A stretch of DNA of 63,990 nt, filler included, from Craspedostauros australis (GCA_030167865.1; 20 parts of 20 records of this genome joined end to end with filler, not necessarily neighbours in it), one strand, 5' to 3'; positions 49,881 through 62,767 are shown, counted from the whole stretch's first letter. The notes: generated by a model not told the origin, from the sequence alone. Program-made: numbers and translations.

Positions 49881-52054
49881 CTACATCTCTGCTGTGTTGG
49901 TATCCAGCTCTGCTTTGCTGTGATGCTCGGTCTTGCCAGCCAGACAGGCCACTTCGAATGTGTTCATGGTGGGTGCTGCCTTGGTGTTGTTGTTGTTGTT
50001 GTTGTTGTTGTTGCTGTTGTTGCTGTTGTTGCTGTTGTTGCTGTTGTTGCTGTTGTTGCTGTTGTTGCTGTTGTTGCTGTTGTTGCTGTTGTTGCTGTTG
50101 TTGTTGTGAGGCTCAATGATCTCGGCTTTGCTCTTCCTGGGCGTCTTCTTCTTCTTGTCTTTCTTCTGTTGCTCAGCTTCCTCATTGGCTCTGGTAGTAT
50201 TGATGATTTGCTTGTCCAGCAACGGAATGAGGCTGTTGGTTGTTGGCAGGTTCATTTTCAGGCACTGCAGACCACTGACAGCCATCACCTTCAGTGCATC
50301 ATTGTACATACCTTCGATGTTGGGTTTGGCATATTTGAAGCCAGTTGATTTGCCTTTGTTGCCTGTTGCAGCTGGTTTCTTGGCAGTATCGTTAGTTTCC
50401 TCGTCCTCCTTCAACACGAAGTCCATGTGAGACACGGTAACGCCGATCTTGTTGCCGTCCTCATCAGTTTCAGTGAACATTTGTTTCCGCACGTTCATGC
50501 TCAGCCCTTTGCGTGCTGTCACAAACTTGTCACCTCCTTCCGCAGCACAAATCGCGTAGGCGATCTGATGGTGGCGGACATACGCACGCGCCATCTTGTC
50601 CAGATCGAATTGCTCCCAGCAGGTTTTGCAAGCCTTCCACAATGCGTCAGTGGTAAGCATGTGGCTTCCATGGTTCGTACCTTGATATGCCGACACGTGT
50701 TTCGACATCGCTGGGAATATTGCATTGTCTTTCACATTTGTGATGGGAGAATTTGGTGGTTGGAATCGGAGGTGCCATCCGCGACTGTCGAACTCCTTGT
50801 TGATGAACCTGAGCAGTTCCGTGTCTCTGTGTGGCCCTGCGCCATCCATCTGGTATCGAATCACCACGTTCTTGCCCGTTTTGGTCCTGATCTTGTTGGC
50901 GAGCGAATCCAGTGCAGGAATTTCTTTTTCGCGGAAGAATTTCTTGAGGCTATACTTCAGCTTGGGCTTATCAGGAGGACCACCTGTTTCCTTGCTGCCT
51001 GTGATCTCCAGTGGTTGGAAGTACAGTTCACCCTTCACACGAGAGATTTTGTTGGGATCTGGAAGGAGCTTGTACTCGGTTGGCGAGATCCAAGTTTGCT
51101 TGTACGTATTCTTCTGCGCTGGAATCATGCATCCAACACGTTCGAAGTTGACCCGATACGCCTTTCCTCCTTGCCCAAAGCAGTTATCTGTTGGGGCAAA
51201 TGCTGTTGATGCAATTGCCATGGTCTTGTCAATGTGGCACTTGTGGTGCACAGGGTGATCCACAGACGTAACTCCCATCTGGGGCACATGTTTGAGGTTG
51301 CGCCGAGCGACAATGGAGTAGAACCACTTTTCGTCCATGTGGACAAGGACAACTTGCGTATTCTTGAACAGCTTAGCTGATTCCCAGAACACACAGAAGT
51401 CCTTGGCCCACCTGTCGCGCTTCACCTTCGTGGTGCCATTGATCAGAGGGAGAATTGTTGTTGAACGGTACTCGCTGCCTTCCAATCCCATCACATACTT
51501 TCGGATGGTGTTCGCGGAAACGCATTGGACATTGCCCCTTCCTGCTAGTTCGCGTGCAATATCGTCCCACGAGATTGCGCCATTGCATCGTTGCAACACA
51601 TCCTGGAGCTCAAATTGCAGGAACGGACCACGCTCCAACCACGAATCAGACAGGGCTTTTGCGGATGCCAGCTCTTCAGGCGAAGCAGAGGCAAATGCAC
51701 AAGAGATTTCTGTGTTTGTCAACTGTTGTCCTGGATGCTTAAGCCTCAACTGCTTGGCAAAGGCAGCACGCGGTGTGAAGCATTCCTTTTGTTTCTGGGC
51801 GCTCGTGAAGATGGTGCCACCAGCATCACTGCGCTTCTTCCGTTCCGCCTTGTTCTGTTGGAAGTTCTTGATGTTGCGGTTGATAGTGGCAGGGTGAATG
51901 TCCCAAGCGTGGGCGATCAATTTCGTCTTGGCTTTGATGTCGCCCAAATTGAAGTAGAGAATGATATAGTTCTGCTTGTCTTGCTTATCAAGTTGTTTCT
52001 TTCTGTTGGTAGGGTTAGTGTTGCTATGCCCTCCATCCTTTCGCAGCCATCCTT
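49881..52054 (-). CDS. Tc1/mariner superfamily transposase (related to plant mariner DD39D/Guest; DD38D here), 5'-partial
   Basis: VHMDEKWFY, YQMDGAGPH and QPPNSPITNVKD motifs, with 38 residues between the 2nd and 3rd Asp. Confidence 0.9.
49985..50106 (-). repeat. (AACAACAGC)n/(AAC)n microsatellite in the transposase C-terminus, encoding poly-NNS
   Basis: Direct reading of the sequence. Confidence 0.95.
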
Positions 52055-52155
52055 TNNNNNNNNNNNNNNNNNNNNNNNNNNNNNNNNNNNNNNNNNNNNT
52101 TAATTAATTAANNNNNNNNNNNNNNNNNNNNNNNNNNNNNNNNNNNNNNNNNNNN

Positions 52156-55100
52156 GTTCCAGCCGTACCTCCCTGCTGTTCGAGAGATGGTGTACGCGTC
52201 AACGTGACCTAACTTTTTATGAATTGTGTTGATGTCGACAGGTGCGTCGGTCGACACGCCAACATGAGCTTGGTCGTCCGTCTTGGCGTTGCTCACCATG
52301 GTCACTCCGCACACGAAACCGCTCTGCGTTGCCATGATGCGGTCGAAGGTGATGCGGGCTTTGCCTTTCTTCAGGGTCATGATGACGCCGAGGTTGCTGA
52401 TGTTGAATCCGTTCTCGAGAGCCTTGTTGATGCTCAGTAGATTAACCCACAACTTGGGCACGTACTTCACCGACTTGAGCACCACGTTGTATCTTCTTCC
52501 GTTCCTTTGCATGACCGTCATGCGCTTGTCGCCTACCTTGGTCACCTTGAGGAAGCGTCCGCTCCCGATCTTCACATTCTGATCGGAGACGCGAATGTTG
52601 GTCATACCTTCGTCGCTGNNNNNNNNNNNNNNNNNNNNNNNNNNNNNNNNNNNNNNNNNNNNNNNNNNCAAGAAGCCAGTATTTGCCCCTTCCCAGGCTG
52701 TGTGTCTGAACGCTTGATGTGTCCATGAACAATCGATCCCCGACTCCTTTCGTTCGTTGTTGAGTCGCTTTCGACATCGGTCTCTGTCGCGATTTCCCAA
52801 TCGCACAGTCAACACACACGTNCAGTTTTCCTGTCACGTTCCAGCCGTACCTCCCTGCTGTTCGAGAGATGGTGTACGCGTCAACGTGGCCTAACTTTTT
52901 ATGGATTGTGTTGATGTCGACAGGTGCGTCGGTTGACACGCCAATATGAGCTTGGTCGTCCGCCTTGGTGTTGCTCACCATGGTCACTCCGCAAACGAAC
53001 CCGCTATGGGTCGCCATGATGCGGTCAAAGGTGATGCGGGCCTTGCCTTTCTTCAGGGTCATGATGACGCCGAGGTTACTGATGTTGAATCCGCTTTCGA
53101 GAGCCTTGTTGATGCTCAGTAGGTTAACCCACAACTTGGGCACGTACTTCACCGACTTGAGCACCACGTTGTATCTCCTTCCGTTCCTTTGCGTGACCGT
53201 CATGCGCTTGTCGCCCACCTTGGTCACCTTGAGGAAGCGTCCGCTCCCGATCTTCACATTCTGATCGGAGACGCGAATGTTGGTCATACCTTCGTCGCTG
53301 TTGGTGAGATGGCACGATGCGCCCGAATCGCCCAACCAGGTATTGGTCTCGTAGTTGTCCGGTGCGACGGAGGAGCGCCTTGCGCTGACGTTGTCGGTGT
53401 TCCTGACCACCATTGCCACTTCGTGTTGCTCTTCGCGTTCGGAGTAGATTGGAAGCACCCAGTGCTCTGGCTTTGGGAGTCTGACTCCGCTGTCACTTTG
53501 GTGATGGGTCCAACTGATGGAGTTCGCGGCATGGTGAGTCATGCTTGAAATCAGATCGCTGGGGAAGGGTTGGAAGTGACGAGATTCCAAGCTGTTGTTG
53601 ATGTTGCACGGGTTGCGACATACACACAATGTGCTGATCATCCCGATCTCTTGTAGCTTGAAGTACACCGTGCGCGGCTCGATCTGTAGCTCGCGGTCCT
53701 GAGTGTGCGTGGCTACAGCGTCATAGCACAATAGGGCGAGTTCGTTTCGCACCTCATTGGCTCGGAGCACGTTGCTCAACGATGCTCGCACAGCGTTGCG
53801 GAGTGAGCCAGCTCTTTCGAGTCTGGTGCGTCGTTCTGCGCGCTCTTCATCGTTGGTTGGCACATGGNCACTCGGCTCATTGTGGAGCTGGATGAAGAAN
53901 GGAACTTGGGGACATTCTACGCACCATGCGTAGAGNGGTCCTCGCTTGAGGCACAGAGGGCACCANGCCGTGTTGGTGGTAAGCCCTGTCGAGTTCCCGA
54001 TCATGCGGTCCACACGAGAGAGCTCTGGGGCGAAGTTGAAGATAGGGCGACGTGCCACTTCTCCTCGGTTGGCATCCCCCATGTCGTCATCCACGTCCTC
54101 GGTGTCGGTGGCCCCTTCGTTGGTGAGGCTTGCGTCGTAGTAGGACTCTTGTCCTTGGTTGGAGTTGCTCATCTTGTTGTTGNNNNNNNNNNNNNNNNNN
54201 NNNNNNNNNNNNNNNNNNNNNNNNNNNNNNNNGGTCCTCGCTTGAGGCACAGAGGGCACCAGGCCGTGTTGGTGGTAAGCCCTGTCGAGTTCCCGATCAT
54301 GCGGTCCACACGAGAGAGCTCTGGGGCGAAGTTGAAGATAGGGCGACGTGCCGCTTCTTCACGGTTGGCATCGCCCATGTCGTCATCCACGTCCTCGGTG
54401 TCGGTGGCCCCTTCGTTGGTGAGGCTTGCGTCGTAGTAGGACTCCTGTCCTTGGTTGGAGTTGCTCATCTTGTTGTTGACGTTGTGTGGTCTCAAAGAAA
54501 GAATGGGAGATGTGTCAGTCTGTTCGATGATGGCTGCAAAGGCGACGTCCTCCATTACCTTGGAGTCAGCTTGGTAGTTGCTGTTGTTGTCGCGTGTTTT
54601 CGCCTCGCCTGTGTTCACAGACAAATTGGTCACATTTTCCAATTCGTTCGTGTTTCCCAAGGTGGGCACACAAATTGGCTCGTCTGTCATTACAAGAGCT
54701 ACGTCGTTATTTCCCTCCATTCCATCAGTTGCCACATTAGCCGAGTCCGCCTCTTTCATGGCTGCCTTCAGCTTGAAGCACTGTAGGATCTTGTGTCCCT
54801 TCTTACCGCAGTACTTACACTCCCCATTGAACTTGGGTTTGCTGTTGTTGTCTCCTTGGCCACTCTTCTTGTTCTTGCCGTTGCCTTTCTTGGGGGCGGA
54901 GCGGCAGTCTGCCTTCTTGTGGCCGTAGGCGCCACAGTTGCGGCAGTGACCTTTGAAGCCTCCTACTGCAGCNAATGCAGTCTCTTCCCTGTTACTGTTG
55001 CTCTCACGCCTGTTGCCGCCGAGCTTGAGGTGTCGGCCGTCGTAGGTGGCACTGACAGCCTCGCGGATGTCTTCAAGGGTCATGGTGTCCTCCATACCGT

Positions 55101-55158
55101 CGAACTTGAGCTCCAAGAGCTTGACGTCCGTCTCGTATTCCCTTCCGAGGGCGTTGAG
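52156..55158 (-). mobile_element. Ty1/Copia family B gag C-terminus, inserted domains, protease and integrase N-terminus (with assembly duplications)
   Basis: CRNCGAYGHKKADC, CKYCGKKGHKILQC, TWLGDSGASCH, IHKKLGH...CVDC. Ends in FMDTSSVQTHSLGRGKYWLL, which matches the start of the 2263-5229 ORF. Confidence 0.93.
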
Positions 55159-55258
55159 NNNNNNNNNNNNNNNNNNNNNNNNNNNNNNNNNNNNNNNNNN
55201 NNTTAATTAATTAANNNNNNNNNNNNNNNNNNNNNNNNNNNNNNNNNNNNNNNNNNNN

Positions 55259-57713
55259 CAGTGGTACACGCAGCTTACATTTACAACCGTGTGCCCAATC
55301 CAGCAACAGGACTAACCCCATACGATGTTCTCTCTCGTGTCCAACTTCCACTCAAACAGCTCCACAATCTACATGTATGGGGCAGCCCTGTATATGTGCT
55401 CAACAAAGCACTCGCAGATGGACGCAAGATGCCTCGATGGGAACCAAGAGGAGAGCGATACGTCAACGTGGGTCTCTCTACAAAGCACGCTTCGACAGTG
55501 CCCTTGGTGCTCTCACCACGNNNNNNNNNNNNNNNNNNNNNNNNNNNNNNNNNNNNNNNNNNNNNNNNNNCGTCAACGTGGGTCTCTCTACAAAGCACGC
55601 TTCGACAGTGCCCTTGGTGCTCTCACCACGAACAGGATCCATCACACCTCAATTTCATGTAGTGTTCGACGATTGGTTCGCTACTATAGCAACTGATCCC
55701 AAACACCTGCCGAACTACCAATCAGAAGAGTGGACACGTATGTTTGGTGATACAACCTTTCAGTATCCATTTGATGACGACGATGTAGAGGCTATGGAAC
55801 AGGAAGAAACTCTCAACTCCGACCTCATAGACCATAGTCGATTGAAGCGAAACGATGCGATCGAGCCAAACATTCCAACTTCGCCTCACATCCCCTTTCC
55901 ATCCGCTGACAATCAAGGCGCAGAGGTACCAGAACAACCTGCTCCAAAGCGGAAACCAATGATGCAAACAGACGCAGGCTTCATCAATGATGACCTCGCC
56001 CCTCCAATGTCAGCTTCAGAGGGAGTGAGCCAACCACTGTCTTCGACAGAGGGAGACTTCAGCTATCCCCCTGCAGCAAGTGAAGGCGAGGAACTCCAAG
56101 AGGACCCCGCTTCACAAGAACCGCAATGGGAACTTTCCGACCAGCTCCCTGATCCGCTGAAGAAAGATCAATCAGCTCAATCACCACTTCAACCCGTGTC
56201 CTCTATGCCAACAACAAATGTACCAGAGACTACGACCTCATCACCAATTCCACCAACATCCACGATCTTGCCCAAACGCGAACCAAGCACCAGGATTCGC
56301 AAAGAACCACGTCGATTCACCTATGGACGTCTTGGAGGCAAGGCAGCGTGGCTTGAAGACGACGATTGTGATGAGTACCACCTTTGTGTTGCGACNGCNG
56401 CTGAAGAAGAAATTGAATCAGACGACGCCACATCTGACATACATCCAGATTCGTATCCAATTCACGTATTCTCACGAGCTGTCATCGATTGCCTCAACAC
56501 AATTGAATTTCTACAACGTAACGGCAGTGATCCTCTCTCCATCTACCTCCACGACTTCAAGATCAACTCACTATACTTACTGCGCCAACTGCGCCAACTG
56601 CGCCAACGCTACCGAACTCTCAATCCACAAGCTTCAGTCAACGATCTACCAAGAATGGAGCCTGAGGAGTTTCAAGCAAACATGGTTGATTGGTGGCAAC
56701 CGGAACCAACGGACATGACGGAGGACGCCCCATTCAACGTAACAGATCTATACGAAGACTTCTTCCTGGACATGGAGCTCCACATCATGGAGGATCGCGA
56801 GTGCGAATTCCTCTTCGAGGAACAACAGAACGAAGTGACAATCTACGCTGTGCGCAAGTTCCTCGGGATTATGAGCAAATACATGCTCACAGGAATCATG
56901 ACCCCACACTTCGATGCACTCGACTTCGCAGCAAGCTCTCTTCGTGATCCAGCCGAATCCGACGACCTCGAAACACTGATGAACGAAGGGCACACTCCTC
57001 CAGAATGCGGACTNGGAGCAACAATGTTCAAGGCAAAGTTCCTCTCCATCTGGAATGCGATCGGACAGAGCCACAACTACAGGCTGGCATTCGAATCCTT
57101 GCGACAGCACACAAGCACCATTCGCCCAGGACCATGGCAGCAACCAAGCAAGTTCGAAGTTCAGCAATTCAACCTTGGAGTGCAAGAAGGAGGCACAGAG
57201 CCGGTCCATCACGTACCCAATACGCGTGAGACTGACTTTCAAGCCATCCTCCAAAGCACCCTGACAGTTGATCCGAGCTACATTCTTGACACCAACAACT
57301 GCATCCCACAGAAAGATTGGGCCAACATCGAGCAACACGCATACTCCGTAAACATCATCGAGCCACAACCAGATGCCACCAACTTCCCAGCTTATGTTGA
57401 CTGGCAACTCATGAGCTACTTCGCCACAGGCGCCGACCTCGACATCTCTGAGCGAACGGCAGCGTACAAGGCTTCCACCTCCGACCCAGACACACTCTCC
57501 TTCGACGAGGCCATCCGTGATGATAATAGAGACGCATGGATGCAAGCAGCGAACAAGGAAATCCAAGATCTCACCGAAAAGGGCACATGGGAGGAAGTCG
57601 ACAAGAACACTGTGCCCTACGGAGAACGAATCTACCCAGGTACGTGGGTCTTCCGCCGCAAACGCCTCCCCGACGGTACAATCAAAAAGTACAAGGGTCG
57701 ATGGTGCTGCCGC
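55259..57713 (+). mobile_element. Ty1/Copia family C integrase C-terminus, about 1.7-kb linker and RT start
   Basis: LHVWGSPVYVL, PQFHVVFDDWFATI, DPDTLSFDEAI, GTWVFRRKRLPDGTIKKYKGRWC. Confidence 0.92.
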
Positions 57714-57813
57714 NNNNNNNNNNNNNNNNNNNNNNNNNNNNNNNNNNNNNNNNNNNNTTAATTAATTAANNNNNNNNNNNNNNNNNNNNNNNNNNNNNNN
57801 NNNNNNNNNNNNN

Positions 57814-57900
57814 TGTGGTGTGGTGTGGTGTGGTGTGTGATGTTTGTTTTGTGTTTTGTGACGAGTGGTGTGAATTGTGTGACGCGGACCGTTTTTTTTG
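57814..57900 (-). repeat. Dispersed repeat matching about 49706-49790 (downstream of the mariner transposase)
   Basis: Shared caaaaaaacggtccgcgtcaca...cacaccactc.tcacaaaacacaaaacaaacatcacacacca. Confidence 0.8.
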
Positions 57901-58630
57901 GAGGAAATTCATTAACCAGCCCTTTTGAAGTGCCGATTTGCATCAACCAGCCTGTTTTTCAATACTTAGTGGCCAAAACGTCCAAATGTCGATGCGACAT
58001 CCTATCGACAGAGAGGTTTCGCATCGACTTCCAAGGTTNNNNNNNNNNNNNNNNNNNNNNNNNNNNNNNNNNNNNNNNNNNNNNNNNNNNNNNNNNNNNN
58101 NNNNNNNNNNNNNNNNNNNNNNNNNNNNNNNNNNNNNNNNNNNNNNNNNNNNNNNNNNNNNNNNNNNNNNNNNNNNNNNNNNNNNNNNNNNNNNNNNNNN
58201 NNNNNNNNNNNNNNNNNNNNNNNNNNNNNNNGCTCCGATTCTTTGCGCCATGGATCGTGTTCTGGCCAAACCTTCATAGCAAAGGATAAACATATTCCAT
58301 CTAAACAAGACCAGCGAATTGAAAGCATTCCAATCGGTATACTACCAGCTTGTGAGTGTCTATAGCCAACTGGAAGGTGTCACAGATCACATGCTGTCAT
58401 ATCACGGCTTACGCCACGGTGACTGTGTACTTCACAAAGAACTTCGACCAAACCTTCATCTGAAAGATCCAATACATCAAAATTTGCAAGCATCATCACA
58501 GCAACCGNNNNNNNNNNNNNNNNNNNNNTGGATTACAAGGATCATTAACATTCTGGAAGGGGTGCCCCTATCCAAATCAATGATTCGAGTGATGCTGTGC
58601 GGAACACATCTCGTTGCACAGAACTTCGAA

Positions 58631-60005
58631 CATGCGTGCATAGAAAATGTCGACCAGAATCCGAACCAACCTGGCGCCCACTTCCAACACACCCCAAAGG
58701 ATCTGGTCACGAAGTATGAGGTCCTAGATCCGTCTGGAAGGTAGTCAAATCTGAGAATCTAGATATCGAGTGGTGCTGTGGGTGACAGTACTGTGACCTA
58801 CGCGCCATAGTGTACAGTAGATTGCCCATATGTGCCTATAAATGTCAACCACAATCGAATCCAACCTGGCGGGAACTTACAACACACCCCAAAGTACCTG
58901 GTCACGAAGTATGAGGTCTTAGACCCGTCTGGAAGGTAGTCAAATCGATGGATCTAGATTTCGAGTGGTGTTGTGGGTGGCAGTACTACGAGCTACGCAC
59001 CAGAGTGTACAGTAGATTGCCAATATGTGCATATAAAATGTCAATCACCATGAAATCCAACCCGGCGCGCACGTACACCACACCCCAAAGTGTCTGGTCA
59101 TGAAGTATGAGGCCTCCAATCCATCTGGAAGGCATCCATATCTGAGAATCTAGATTTCGAGTGGTGGTGTGGGTGGTAGTACTGTGACCTACGCGCCATA
59201 GTGTACAGTAGATTGCCCATACGTGCATATGAATGTCAACCACAATGAAATCCAACCCGGCGGGAACTTACACCACACCCCAAAGTGTCTGGTCATGAAG
59301 TATGAGGCCTCCAATCCATCTCGAAGGCATCCATATCTGAGAATCTAGATTTCGAGTGGTGTTGTGGGTGGCAGTACTACGAGCTACGCACCAGAGTGTA
59401 CAGTAGATTGCCCATATGTGCATATAAAATGTCAATCACCATGAAATCCAACCCGGCGCGCACGTACACCACACCCCAAAGTGTCTGGTCATGAAGTATG
59501 AGGCCTCCAATCCATCTGGAAGGCATCCATATCTGAGAATCTAGATTTCGAGTGGTGGTGTGGGTGGTAGTACTGTGACCTACGCGCCATAGTGTACAGT
59601 AGATTGCCCATACGTGCATATGAATGTCAACCACAATGAAATCCAACCCGGCGGGAACTTACACCACACCCCAAAGTGTCTGATCACAAAGTATGAGGCC
59701 TCCAATCCGTCTGGAAGGCATCCATATCTGGATGTGGAGATTTTGTGTGGTGTTGTGGGTGGTAGTACTATGAGCTACGCACAATACTGTGCAGTAGATT
59801 GCCCATATGTGCATATAAAACGTCAATCACCATGAAATCCAACCCGACGCGCACGTACAACACACCCCAAAGTGTCTGGTCACGAAGTATGAGGTCCTAA
59901 ACCCGTCTGGAAGGCATCCATATGTGGATGTCGAGATTTTTTGTGGTGTTGTGGGTGGTAGTACTGTGAGCTACGCACAATACTGTACAGTAGATTGCCC
60001 ATACG
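58631..60005 (+). repeat. Satellite with a 195/196-bp monomer, about 7 copies, organised as a 391-bp dimer
   Basis: The CCAACC anchor recurs at 58666, 58861, 59057, 59252, 59448, 59643 and 59839; near-identical ORFs are offset by 391 bp. Confidence 0.93.
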
Positions 60006-60426
60006 TGTCAGGAATCGGGTGTTCTGAAACACCATATTGCCGCACCTCCCAGGAGTAAGGAGCCGAATGTCATGATATGCTACATTACCGCAACTCCCAC
60101 CTTTGGATCTTTGTGACAGAAAAATGTGAGCTGCACGTGTTCTGATGATGGAGAACGACACGTGCCGAATGCGAACCGTACCTTGGCGTTCGTGACCTCA
60201 ATACAGGAATGCCAATCACACGTGAATGTCGCAGGGGGCAGGGATGTTGGAATCGTGACCAACATCACGATACGAGCGACTACGGCCCCCATGTCGCAAC
60301 CAATGAGAAAAGAGTACTGGAGGAAGGCCGATGTCACGAAGAGTGAGATGGCCTATGAACGAACCTGGTATGAGGAACCTCCAGGAAGCCGGTGAAGTGA
60401 TCGGCGAAGTAAGTGGAGAAACGACA
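60006..60426 (+). mobile_element. Copia LTR (B' type) inserted into the satellite
   Basis: TGTCAGGAATCGGGTGTTCTGAAACACC starts abruptly in mid-monomer; similar to the reverse complement of about 60860-61056. Confidence 0.9.
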
Positions 60427-60526
60427 NNNNNNNNNNNNNNNNNNNNNNNNNNNNNNNNNNNNNNNNNNNNTTAATTAATTAANNNNNNNNNNNNNNNNNN
60501 NNNNNNNNNNNNNNNNNNNNNNNNNN

Positions 60527-61056
60527 GGCCGTAGTGCGCTAGTCGTGTCTAGATGAGCGCGAAATCGATGGGTCCATAAAACTTAAAATAAACCATTAAA
60601 GCAAAATCGGCGTCCACTGCGATTCTTATATTTTTCTCTAGTTGATGAATATGTGGGTGGTTTGGTTGAAATCCCCGTAAGTTGCCACCCCTCCAGGACC
60701 GACTGCAGGTCCCGTCACACAACCGGGTNNNNNNNNNNNNNNNNNNNNNNNNNNNNNNNNNNNNNNNNNNNNNNNNNNTATGTGGGTGGTTTGGTTGAAA
60801 TCCCCGTAAGTTGCCACCCCTCCAGGACCGACTGCAGGTCCCGTCACACAACCGGGTCGTATTGGAGTCATGAACGTCAGGCATGGTTTGCATTCGGCAC
60901 GTGGCGTTCTTCACCGCGAGTTACGTGCAGCTCACATTTTTCTGTGTCACAATGATCAAACGTGTGAGTTGCGGTAATGTAGAATATCCCGACGTTCGGC
61001 TCCTTACTCTTGGGAGGTGCGGCAATATGGTGTTTCAGAACACCCGATTCCTGACA
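60527..61056 (-). repeat. Copia 3' LTR (B' type), partial
   Basis: Follows the RNase H stop (61095) and PPT; TG start at 61056. Confidence 0.88.
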
Positions 61057-61094
61057 CCCTTCCATTGCTGCTCCAACCATATCATCCACCATGT

Positions 61095-62667
61095 TCAGTC
61101 CAATGCTGATCTGGGCTGAATGATGCTCCCCTTGTGCCGATCGTAGATCTCCTTCTTAGTGTTCTTCGTGAATCCGTCGGAGATGTTATCTTCTGACTTC
61201 ACGAATCGAGCTCTCGCCTCCTTGTTAGCAATCAGCTCTCTAATGAAGTGGTTGCGTATATCGATGTGTCTCGTCCTCGCTGATGTCGATGGATTGGTTG
61301 CGATGAAGATCGCCCCCACGTTATCGACCATCACATCTGCAAGTCTCTCCATCTTCAACCCGATGTCCTCCATCAGTTGAGTCAAAAAGCGGATCTCCTT
61401 TCCAGCTTCTGATAGTGCGACATACTCGGCCTCGGTCGAGCTCAGTGTCACGCTGCGTTGCGCCTTCGATCTCCAGATGATAGGCACTCCTTGCAGCAGG
61501 ACCAGATGTCCTCCAACGCTGATGCGGTTGTCCTTGTCTCCAGCGAACTCGCTATCGGTGTACACCACGATCTTCCATTCGTTGTTGTTCAACGGCTTGG
61601 GCTCCATCCTCAATCCGTATTCTCTCGTGTCCGACATGAACTTCATCACTCTCAGCATCTCCTTGTATGCTGTGGTCGTTGGTCCATCCAACACCTTTGT
61701 AAGCTCTCGGACTGCGTTCGCGATGTCTGGTCTCGAATGCTTCACCAGGTATAGCAGCATGCCCACTCCACTGCGGTATCTACTGTGTCGATCCTTGTCG
61801 ACCTTTGGTGCTTCACTGTTCCTCTGGATCCCTTGACCTGGTGTGCCTGGGGTTCCGTATCGCTGAAGCTTCGTCACGTCGCTCTTGAATGTATCCGTGA
61901 TGTTCTTGATGATGTGTGGCTGATTCACCCAGCAGTTGGTTTCGCTCTCGTTGAATTCGATCCGGCAGCTCAAGTAGTCTTCGAGTCCATCCTCGATCTT
62001 GATTCCGAATCGTTCGCGCTTGATGTCCTTCACCAGTCGCTTCAGTTCGAGAGTGCTTCCGATGCACAGACAATCATCGACATACGTCCCGATAAGGACG
62101 AGGTTCCCTTCCCGATTCCGAATTAGCAGGCATGGGTCCACCTTGCTCTGCCGGAAACCAAGCTTGATCAGGATGTCCACAAGCTTCTTGTTCCACTGCC
62201 TTGCGCTCTGAACCAACCCGTAGATGGTCTTCTTTAGCAGCAGGCACTCGTCCGGTTCATGCTCCATTCCCTTGGGGCATTGCATGTAGATCTCTTCGTC
62301 GAGATCTCCGTGCAGGAAGGCAGTTTCGAAGTCGATGATGATGCTGTCCGTCTTCAACAACATCTTCATAGTAAGCATCACTCGGTATGTTGCATCGTGG
62401 ATCACTGGTGCATGATGAGCGGAGAAGTCCACTCCAGCAATCTGTGAGTATCCACAGGCAACCAATCTGGCGCGAAAGACTCCATTCCTCTTCTCCTTGA
62501 AGACCCATTTCGTCTTCACGCATCGCCGATCCCTCGGCATTTTGTTCTTCTTGATCTTCTGCCAGACTCCTTGTCTCGTCATGTCGTAGAACTCCTTGTT
62601 GATGGCCTCCCGCCACTTCCTTCGCTTCGCTGGATCTGCATGATCCCAGCATTCCTCGAAGGTGGTT
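61095..62667 (-). CDS. Copia family B' RT-RNase H, intact frame, 5'-partial
   Basis: GTYVDD, YTDSEFAGD, SSTEAEYVA, VDNVGAI, NISDGFTK; no internal stops. Confidence 0.96.
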
Positions 62668-62767
62668 NNNNNNNNNNNNNNNNNNNNNNNNNNNNNNNNN
62701 NNNNNNNNNNNTTAATTAATTAANNNNNNNNNNNNNNNNNNNNNNNNNNNNNNNNNNNNNNNNNNNN

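Larger units (their letters stand above)
1438..62723. other. Artificial scaffold-joining linkers N-TTAATTAATTAA-N (19 copies), starting at 1438, 5290, 7278, 9675, 10986, 12414, 16369, 17752, 19663, 23163, 25551, 36904, 38675, 45671, 52100, 55203, 57758, 60471, 62712
   Basis: The same 12-mer, which has stops in all six frames, is always embedded in N runs, and unrelated sequence lies on either side. Confidence 0.98.

Noticed and set aside
1438..62723. Recurrent TTAATTAATTAA as a biological repeat or CRISPR-like array
   Set aside because: It is always embedded in N runs and has stops in six frames, so it is an artificial concatenation linker
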